8,723 nucleotides of DNA from Octopus sinensis (GCF_006345805.1 NW_021828268.1:1-8723), one strand, 5' to 3'; positions 1 through 7,578 are shown, numbered from the stretch's first letter. Translations and numbers: made by a program. The notes: generated by a model not told the origin, from the sequence alone.

Positions 1-30
1 AAGACTGGAACAAATAAAAGACAAAAGAAT
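1..30 (+). mobile_element. Probable 3' tail of an F2-family SINE cut by the window edge
   Basis: AAGACTGGAACAAATAAAAGACAAAAGAAT resembles the tail of the F2 copy at 3750-3780 read on the minus strand (AAATACTGCAACAAGTAAGAGAGAAAA). Only 30 nt are visible. Confidence 0.4.
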
Positions 31-39
31 ATGTATTAC

Positions 40-59
40 ATATATATATATATATATAG

Positions 60-90
<31 letters not shown>
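40..90. repeat. (TA)n microsatellite
   Basis: Near-perfect TA run with one GT interruption. Confidence 0.95.
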
Positions 91-91
<1 letters not shown>

Positions 92-398
92 TATATGGCA
101 TAAGTGTAATCGCTGGATTGCATTACTTTGGCGTTTCCATATTATTCCACATATATTCTACATGTATGTGTGCTTGTGCGTCGTGCGTATCTACGTATCT
201 ATGTATATGCATTTATGTATTATTACAATTCTGCCCCTGGTTCGATAACACTATCAAGAAATGCATGGCACTAAATACGAATAAAAAGTATATATATTTG
301 TATAGAGTAATGTAACTACAGATTTTCTCTCGTGATTACTTCACTTTCCTATCATTTACAAAACTAGACTTCGGCCTTTATAGAGATAACGGGTTGGC

Positions 399-419
399 TA
401 TATCAAAATACTGAACTTT
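399..419 (+). repeat. Left target-site duplication of the F1 SINE dimer
   Basis: TATATCAAAATACTGAACTTT matches 836-856 TATATCAAGATACTGAACTTT at 20/21 positions. Confidence 0.9.
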
Positions 420-421
420 AA

Positions 422-835
422 GGCGGCGAGCTGGCAGAAACGTTAGCGCGCCGGGCGAAATGCTTAGCGGTATTTCGTCTGCCGTTACGTTCTGAGTTCA
501 AATTCCGCCGAGGTCGACTTTGCCTTTCATTCTTTCGGGGTCGATAAATAAAGTACCAGTTTCGCACTAGGGTCGATGTAATCGACTTAATCCATTTGTC
601 TGTCCTTGTTTGTCCCCTCTATGTTTAGCCCCTTGTGGGTAATAAAGAAATAGTTATTTCGTCTGTCGTTACGTTCTGAGTTCAAATTCTGCCGAGGTCG
701 ACTTTACCTTTTATCCTTTCGGGGTCGATAAATTAAGTACCAGTTTCGCACTGGGGTCGATGTAATCGACTTAATCCGTTTCTCTGTCCTTGTCTGTCCC
801 CTCTATGTTTGGCCCCTTGTGGTAGTAAAGAAATA
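422..835 (+). mobile_element. tRNA-derived SINE family F1, dimeric copy (head + 2 x 184-bp units)
   Basis: A-box-like TGGCAGAAACG at 432 and B-box GAGTTCAAATTCC at 494 and again at 678. Unit period 184 (TATTTC at 471 and 655). Ends AAAGAAATA; flanked by a 21-bp TSD. The central GTCGACTTTGCCTTTCATCCTTTCGGGGTCGATAAA segment resembles, from memory, the MetaSINE-type conserved domain (needs a Dfam/Repbase/SINEBase check). Confidence 0.93.
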
Positions 836-856
836 TATATCAAGATACTGAACTTT
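836..856 (+). repeat. Right target-site duplication of the F1 SINE dimer
   Basis: Direct repeat of 399-419 with one mismatch (A407/G844), immediately after the SINE 3' end. Confidence 0.9.
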
Positions 857-1252
857 TGTCCTCAAATAAAGAAATCTTAGAGAATAAAGACCCTATAACA
901 ATAGTGAAGCTCAACTAGATTCAAAGATAAAATTCCTTATTCGCCTAACTCCATTCTATTTCCCCAACTAAAGAAAGGCACCGCTATGACATATTGTTTC
1001 TATGCCTCTTTTATATTTGACTTAAACTTTTACACATCCTTCAAACTTAATAGGTAAATACTGCCAAACAAACAATAAATAGAGAGCGCTGTTTAACAGA
1101 AATATTTTAAAATTAAACTACAGATGAAAAGAACATTGTATATACCACACAATAAAACTGAGGGGATATGATAGTACTGATATCTCGAAACGTGCATACT
1201 AAATTTTGCGGAAGCCATTATTTATAAATAGAGGTAATTTCTATAAAACCAA

Positions 1253-1290
1253 CCAATTACGTGGCACGTGAGCGATATATAGGCATGACC
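1253..1290 (+). promoter_or_regulatory. Possible cis-element cluster: CCAAT, TACGTG and CACGTG E-box cores, TATA-like
   Basis: CCAAT 1253-1257, TACGTG 1258-1263, CACGTG 1265-1270, then GATATATAGG. Motif co-occurrence only. Confidence 0.2.
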
Positions 1291-1452
1291 GAAAACTACG
1301 TTCTCTTTCAGACAATTTGATATTTGAAATCCGACGAAATTAGCTGTCTACATCTGGCAATTATCAGAAAAATCTCCTAATTACAACATCAAAAGGAAGA
1401 TTATGGAAAAATAAAAGACACGGAAGAATGGAAAAGAAAGACGTAATCTTTT

Positions 1453-1525
1453 ATGTATGTGTGTATGTGTCTTCATCTATATAGTTGTGTGTGGTGTGGT
1501 GTATGTACGTGTGTGTATGTGTGTT

Positions 1526-1558
<33 letters not shown>

Positions 1559-1620
1559 ATGCGTGTGTGTGTGTGTGTGCATGTATGTATGTATGTATGT
1601 ATGTATGTATATGCACACAC
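1453..1620. repeat. Compound (TG)n/(TA)n/(TATG)n microsatellite
   Basis: Direct reading of alternating purine-pyrimidine runs. Confidence 0.95.
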
Positions 1621-1675
1621 TCACACATGGAAGTATATAATTGATTCCATCGGAAAATTGATAGCCACTACCATT

Positions 1676-1972
1676 ATACATATATATATGGATATAGATA
1701 TATATATATATACAAACACGCATGCATATAATAGATAGATATCATATAGATATAAGACAGACAACAGACAGACAGACATACAGACAGATAAATACAGATA
1801 CATATGTATAGTTACATTTACGTACATATAGTCACACATACATACATATAATTTATATATATATTATATATTTATATATATATATAATTATATATATATA
1901 TATAGATATACCAAACATACTTTTACATATATCTATATATATTTATGCATTTGCATGTATGTATATGTATGT
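1676..1972. repeat. Compound (TA)n/(GATA)n/(GACA)n low-complexity tract
   Basis: Direct reading. Confidence 0.9.
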
Positions 1973-2502
1973 ATCCGTTATATAAGAGCAGTATTAGTTG
2001 CAGTATTCGTCGAAAAATAATATACCTTATGACCGTGCTTTATTTTACGAACACAATACATATCAGAGGTAGACGAACATCATACGAACAGTAGTAGCAA
2101 GTGTGTATGCAAGATGCGCATTTCTACATGGTTGAGCGTCGTCAGTAGAATATACTCACAGCCAAATGCAAGCTAAGATAAAATCTGTCACCACCGTTAT
2201 CGGAAAACTGTGAATGAACAGTCCACTGCGTTTTGTAAATAACCGTGCGGTTGAATAAAATTCCTGAGAGCAACCCACTGGCAGCGGCAACAGTAAATTT
2301 GTAAAGAACAGTTAAGGAAAGCACTAAAAGGAATTGGTTGAAGAATGAAAAAAACTTTTTACAAATTTTATTTAACCGTCGCGATTCGTTTCGTTACGGA
2401 CAGTGTAGAGAGCTTGCAGTAGTCGGCTGTTTTCCAGTGTTAAGAAGATAATAGTAACGAGAACGCTCGCCCACTTTTAAAGGCAATGTGTGGGTCGAAT
2501 AG

Positions 2503-3268
2503 GGTGGCGAGCTGGCAGAAACGTTAGCGCGCTGGGCGAAATGCTTAGCGTTATTTCACCTGTCGCAACGTTGTAAGTTCAAATTCCGCCGAGGTCGACT
2601 TTGCCCTTCATCCTTTCGGGGTCGATTAAATAAGTACCAGTTGCGCACAGGGGTCAATGTAATCGACTTAATCTGTTTGTCTGTCCTTGTTTGTCCCCTC
2701 TGTGTTTATCCCCTTGCGGGTAGTAAAGAAGTAGGTATTTCGTCTGCCGCTACGTTCTGAGTTCAAATTCCGCCGAGGTCGACTTTGCCCTTCATCCTTT
2801 CGGGGTCGATTAAATAAGTACCAGTTACGCACTGGAGTTGATGTAATCGACTTAATCCGTTTGTCTGTCCTTGTTTGTCCTCTCTGTATTTAGCCCCTTG
2901 CGGGTAGTAAAGAAATAGGTATTTCGTCTGCCGCTACGTTCTGAGTTCAAATTCCGCCGAGGTCGACTTTGCCCTTCATCCTTTCGGGGTCGATTAAATA
3001 AGTACCAGTTGGCACTGGGGTCGATATAATCGACTTGATCCGTTTGTTTGTCCTTGATTATCCTCTCTGTGTTTAGCCCCTTGTGGGTAGTAAAGAAATA
3101 GGTATTTTGTCTGCCGCTACGTTCTGAGTTCAAATTCCGCCGAGGTTGACTTTACCTTTCATCCTTTCGGGGCTGATAAATTAAGTACGAGATGCATACT
3201 GGGGTCAATCTAATCGGCTGGCACCCTCTCCCAAAATTTCGGGCCTTGTGCCTAATGTAGAAAAGAAT
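2503..3268 (+). mobile_element. F1 SINE tetrameric array: head + three tail-A units + one unit ending in alternative tail B
   Basis: Head GGTGGCGAGCTGGCAGAAACG at 2503. Unit starts (TATTTC/TATTTT) at 2552, 2736, 2920, 3103 (periods 184, 184, 183). The last unit leaves tail A after GGGGTCAATCTAATCGGCT and ends GGCACCCTCTCCCAAAATTTCGGGCCTTGTGCCTAATGTAGAAAAGAAT. No TSD found. Confidence 0.93.
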
Positions 3269-3477
3269 GTGGATGCCAAATGTCTGTGCTAGAAAGAGAT
3301 AGACGTACAATCGTCTAAGAGCAAAAAAATAAACAGTTCGAAGATTCTTGAGAGAGTTCCAATCTGTACATGTTTGAAAGTTGAAAGTAGGTCGGGAGGA
3401 CGAAGTAAGTGAATGGAGTTAGCTGTGTTGAGCTAAGTTTTACCTCAGATGTTGAGGAAATGGACAACACTTATTTA

Positions 3478-4195
3478 CAGTGTGATTGAAAAGTAACTCC
3501 CTATTTTCAAATACTTATAAATTATTTATTAATTGTAACTTTTGTGTTTGTTTGTCCTTAAGCGTATAGATGTAACGCTTCAAGGTTCTCACATCAGAAT
3601 AACCAGTGAATATCGAAGAATTAACACCAACAAGGAAGAAATATTATTTACATATATTATTTATTCGTTTACCCGACAGGTTGTTACAGAGACAGTAGAA
3701 AAAAGGTTGTCTGTCAGTAGAGAGGGAAAGAGTAAGGTAGTCATGGTGCTTTTTCTCTCTTACTTGTTGCAGTATTTGACTGCGGCCATGCTGGAGCACC
3801 GCCTTTAATCGAGCAACTCGACCTCGACCCCCGGGACTTATCTTGTGTAAGCCCAGTACTTATTCATCGGTCTCTTTTCCGAACCGCTAAGTACGGGGGA
3901 CATAACACACCAGCATCGGTTGTCAAAGCAATGCTAGGGGACAAACACAGACACACACATAATATATATCGTATATATACATATTACGACGGGCTTCTTT
4001 CAGTTTCCGTCTAACCAATCCACTCACAAGGCTTTGGTCGGCCGAGGCTATAGTAGAAGACACTTGCCCAAGGTGCCACGCAGTGTACACTGAACCCCGG
4101 GAACCATTGGCTGTAAACAAGCTACTTACCACACAGCGCACTCCTGCGCCTTTAATAACTTTTTTAAAATAGGGAGTTTCCTTTCAATCACCCTG
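3478..4195. mobile_element. Tc1/mariner-type MITE (non-autonomous DNA transposon) interrupted by a SINE
   Basis: Left TIR 3478-3507 CAGTGTGATTGAAAAGTAACTCCCTATTTT vs reverse complement of 4166-4195 CAGGGTGATTGAAAGGAAACTCCCTATTTT: 27/30 identical. TA on both sides (3476-3477, 4196-4197). CAG(G/T)GTG ends with a TA duplication are typical of Tc1/mariner. No transposase ORF. Confidence 0.85.
3750..4150 (-). mobile_element. tRNA-derived SINE family F2, full-length copy with internal microsatellite
   Basis: Minus strand starts GGCGCAGGAGTGCGCTGTGTGGTAAGTAGC (A-box-like), has a B-box-like GGTTCAGTG, then GGCACCTTGGGCAAGTGTCTT (CCTTGGGCAAG follows the tRNA head in CORE/V-type SINEs). Internal TA/TG tract at ~3944-3985; tail GGCGGTGCTCCAGCATGGCCGCAGTCAAA...CAAGTAAGAGAG. 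Recalled as an abundant Octopus SINE. Confidence 0.88.
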
Positions 4196-4685
4196 TATCT
4201 TGAACACAGTATGATAGTTGACTTTTGTAAATTTCTGAGCACAAATGCCGAGAACAAAGGAGAGAAGCTTGCAGAAACATTTAGTATGCGGTTTCAATTC
4301 CTGGATGAAAATCCAGGAACTAACCATCTAAGGTTCAAAACCTTATATATCTATTAGATACGATTTCGATTCCCAGTTGATTCAACATCCTTTTACTTAC
4401 TCCGTCACCATAGAAAGAGGAAGCCGCCATCACTTTGTTCGAACATAGAGTAATGTAATACGGGGGAAAACATTAAAAAAAAACATAGATAAAGTGAAAC
4501 TAGGGAAAACACTGGACAGTCACGGTTGGCATGGCATTTGATCATAGGTCTGTTCAATCAAAGCTGTCGCTAAATACTTTCTTTCTAAATGTTCCTCAGA
4601 GAAATTTCTGGAGACTCTTCTATTATATTTTCATTTTTTCTTTATAATTACATGATCTAGCTGCTGAGTCAGTTAGCTGATATTT

Positions 4686-5082
4686 GAGAGAGAGAGAGAG
4701 AAAGAGAGAGAAAGAGTGAGACAGAGGGAGACAGTGAGAGAGAGAGACAGAGGAAGACAGTGAGAGAGAGAGACAGAGGGAGACAGCGAGAGAGAGAGAC
4801 AGAGAGAGACAGAGGGAGACAATGAGAGAGAGACAGACAGAGGGAGACAGAGAGAGAGAGAGACAGAGGGAGACAGAGAGAGAGAGACAGAAGGAGACAG
4901 TGAGAGAGAGACAGACAGAGAGAGACAGTGAGAGAGACAGACAGAGAGAGACAGAGAGAGAGAGAGAGAGGGAGACAATGAGAGAGACATACAGACAGAC
5001 AGAGGGAAACAGAGAGAGAGAGAGGGAGACAGTGAGAGAGAGAGAGACAGAGGAAGACAGTGAGAGAGAAAGAAAGAGAAAG
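4686..5082. repeat. GA-derived degenerate minisatellite, ~24-bp unit AGACAGT(GA)nCAGAGGG
   Basis: AGACAG(T/C/A) and CAGAGG(G/A) recur around variable (GA)n spacers; almost entirely purine on the + strand. Confidence 0.9.
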
Positions 5083-5149
5083 AGTGTGTGTGTCGAGTAC
5101 ATAATTTTCGGCTCAAATTGGACATCGACGTTCCAGCGTGTGTGTTTGC

Positions 5150-5170
5150 TTGTTAGCGCGCCATCTTAGA
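5150..5170 (-). promoter_or_regulatory. YY1-like motif (AAGATGGCGCGC) in a CpG-containing unique island
   Basis: The plus strand GCGCGCCATCTT matches the YY1 consensus (CGCCATNTT) and lies next to a GA tract. Motif match only. Confidence 0.25.
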
Positions 5171-5259
5171 ATGTATGTTTCTGTTCACGTTCTCAGATGT
5201 GTATACGTATGTACAGGTATAAGTGTGCTTATATCTAGGTCAGTATATAAGCTTATATG

Positions 5260-5502
5260 TATATATGTGTTTATGTGTGTGTGTGTGGATGTGTGAGTGT
5301 GTATATGTGTGCGTTCAACTGATTCGATTGTAATTATAAGAACATTGCATTAATGGAAATATTATGTATATGTATGTGTATGTATATCTGTATGTGTGCG
5401 CGTGTGTGCGCGTGTAAGAGTGCATATGAATGTGTGTCAGCGTATGTGAGTGTGTGTGTGTGTGTGTATGTGTGTGTGTGTGTCTGTGTGTGTGTTTGTG
5501 TG
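5260..5502. repeat. Compound (TG)n/(TATG)n microsatellite
   Basis: Direct reading; interrupted by short unique pieces. Confidence 0.9.
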
Positions 5503-5607
5503 TCGTTAAGAGAACGTTTAGCTAGAATATAGAACTAAAGTCAGTGTTTATTGACCTCAGTGTGAACAATTAAGGGAGAGAAAAAGAAAGAGTTACACAT
5601 ATAAATA

Positions 5608-5695
5608 GAGAGAGACAGAGAGAGAGAGAGAGAGAGGAAAAGATGAAGAGAGGAGAGAAAGAGGGAGAGACAGGAGAGACAGGGAGAGGAGGGGA
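5608..5695. repeat. (GA)n/polypurine tract
   Basis: Direct reading. Confidence 0.9.
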
Positions 5696-5744
5696 ACCAC
5701 TAAATCAATATGTTACTCATCAATGGTGAACAAGGTAAGCAATT

Positions 5745-5769
5745 TATGTGTGTATGTACGAATATTATT

Positions 5770-5800
<31 letters not shown>

Positions 5801-6115
5801 GTGTGGTGTGTGTATATATTATATATTCATATATACATATAATATATATATATATATATGTATATACATAATATATATACATATATATATACATATATAT
5901 ACATATATATATATATATACTATATACAATGGCATATATAAGATTATAATATATACATATATATATATACATATACATATATATATACTTATATATGTGT
6001 GTGTGTCTACGTGAATACATACACACTCACAAATATATATATATATATAACATACAACCTACATACATCCATACATACATATATACTTATACACACACAC
6101 ACACACAAGCGTGTG
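5745..6115. repeat. Compound (TA)n/(TACA)n/(CA)n microsatellite
   Basis: Direct reading. Confidence 0.95.
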
Positions 6116-6204
6116 TGTCTGTCTCAATGACTGTATGTGTTTGTATGTGTGCGTTTCTTGGTTCTAGCAGCTTCGTGTATTTCCCACTTCTGCGCTGTAT
6201 TATC

Positions 6205-6435
6205 TAGCTATACATGTATATGTGTGTATGTGTACCCACACGAACGTACGTTCACACATATATACATATATGCCTATACACACTCATACACACATATGTG
6301 TTTCAATATCTATCCAAATGTATACATTTATGGATATGCATGTATGTGTGTATATATATATGTGTGTGTGTGTGTGTATCTATCCATCTATCAATCTATT
6401 TATTTATACACACACAGACACACACACATTTATAC

Positions 6436-6467
<32 letters not shown>

Positions 6468-6495
6468 ATATATAATATACTCACCACACATACAC
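6205..6495. repeat. Compound (TA)/(CA)/(TG)/(TCTA) low-complexity tract
   Basis: Direct reading. Confidence 0.9.
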
Positions 6496-6624
6496 AAGAA
6501 AATGCATGTGCAATGTAGACTTACAACTGTTTTGAGATGCATTTTGTGTGCATTCATCTTTCAGTTTACTCAATCGATCGACAGATCGATTGAAAATAGT
6601 CGACGACCGTTACAGCCTGCTACA

Positions 6625-6743
6625 AATATATAATACAATTTTATATATATTATATGTACATATATATACGCATGTATATATATATATGTACATGTATATG
6701 CTTGTATATATATATATATATTATGTATATATACACATGTATG

Positions 6744-6775
<32 letters not shown>

Positions 6776-6789
6776 CATATTATATATAT

Positions 6790-6839
<50 letters not shown>

Positions 6840-6900
6840 TATATTATATATTTATACTCACACACAACACACTCACACACACGCACATATATATATATAT
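6625..6900. repeat. Long interrupted (TA)n microsatellite with (CA)n
   Basis: Direct reading. Confidence 0.95.
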
Positions 6901-6986
6901 ACGATAAATGTAAACAAGCCAGTGTTTGCCTTAGAAGCTCTGAAATGTGTATTGTTAGATACAAATAAGATAATCATAAACTTTCA

Positions 6987-7011
6987 AACGCTGACCGAAC
7001 GCTGACCGAAC
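6987..7011 (+). repeat. 11-bp tandem duplication (AACGCTGACCG x2 + AAC)
   Basis: Perfect direct repeat at 6987-6997 and 6998-7008. Confidence 0.9.
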
Positions 7012-7066
7012 AGCAGAGAAAGGACAAAATATCCATACAAACCAGAAAAACCGCCCATTGACAGTG

Positions 7067-7137
7067 GACGGTTTAGCTTAACTGATAAATCAATTGACCG
7101 GTAATCAAAGAGATACGATTTCGAGTCCCCGCCTTTT
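7067..7137 (+). pseudogene. Degenerate tRNA-like sequence (tRNA-Thr-like pseudogene or SINE head)
   Basis: TAGCTTAACTGATAAA sits at tRNA positions 8 onward (A-box-like). Anticodon arm ATTGA-CCGGTAA-TCAAA pairs 4/5 with a 7-nt loop (xGT anticodon), followed by a TTCGAGTCCC T-loop and TTTT. T and acceptor stems do not pair, so it is not a functional tRNA. Confidence 0.4.
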
Positions 7138-7240
7138 ATGGATATTTTATCCTGTCTCAGCTGTTCTATCAGCGTTAGTGTATTTGAAAATATATTATTA
7201 TCTTATTTGTATTTCACATAAATATATAGATATATAGATA

Positions 7241-7578
7241 CATGGTGGCTGCCCCCTCGTTATCGAGTATGGCCATTGCACGAAGCTTAATCAATGTTGT
7301 TATCGTTCAATGCCTGTGCAAGAAGATATTTTTTTAAGTGAGGAAAGGCTGTGCACTGAGTCAATCCCACTCACTAAGCAACAGCAGCCATGATCCGAAA
7401 AGAAGAACAAGTCAACATCATCGGTAACCACTGAGCCGCAGGTTTTATGTCGGAGTTATCCCAGTTACCTGAGTTACCTTCTCCTAGAAGGATGCCCTAA
7501 CAAAAGCTAGGAGTCCTTCATTTCCAATTGTTTAACTGCGCGATCGGGTATTCAGTCCGATTATTTCTATGTCCCCGC
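7241..7578 (-). mobile_element. Probable non-autonomous RTE-derived (bipartite) retroelement
   Basis: Minus strand CTAGCTTTTGTTAGGGCATCCTTCTAGGAGAAGGTAACTC (7510-7471) resembles the recalled RTE 5'UTR motif (...GGCAACCAGTCTAGGAGAAGGAAAACTC). The 3' end CAATGGCCATACTCG-ATAA-CGAGGGGGCAGCC has an RTE-like terminal hairpin followed by a TATC/TA repeat tail. No ORF, no TSD; boundaries approximate. Confidence 0.55.

Noticed and set aside
471-654. Hammerhead ribozyme in the tandem unit (retrozyme hypothesis)
   Set aside because: No CUGAnGA...GAAA core with correct stems on either strand. Other ribozyme classes cannot be excluded without a structure search.
2142-2324. 60-aa minus-strand ORF in unique sequence
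   Set aside because: No recognisable motif or splice context; length is expected by chance.
2300-2353. Peptide CKEQLRKALKGIG*RMKK, faintly like an IS630/Tc1 helix-turn-helix segment
   Set aside because: Very short, interrupted by stops, with no DDE motif and no flanking TIRs found.
422-3268. Regularly spaced repeats suggesting a CRISPR array or satellite
   Set aside because: Units are contiguous 184-bp copies without unique spacers, carry Pol III boxes and a TSD, and the context is eukaryotic.
2480-3290. TSDs around array 2, array 3 and the F2 SINE
   Set aside because: Flanks share only short chance matches (e.g. AATGTG); no convincing duplication.
3340-3410. Minus-strand WNSL peptide reminiscent of the CR1/L2 ORF2 C-terminus
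   Set aside because: Four-residue match only; the surrounding residues do not fit.
3542-3808. 88-aa ORF inside the MITE
   Set aside because: Spans the MITE interior into the SINE tail and shows no transposase features.
31-6968. Numerous ORFs rich in Y/I/C/V/H/T or S/L/R/E (e.g. 31-315, 1451-1839, 4623-5169, 5700-6968)
   Set aside because: They are translations of stop-poor TA/TG/CA/GA microsatellites with no domain signal.
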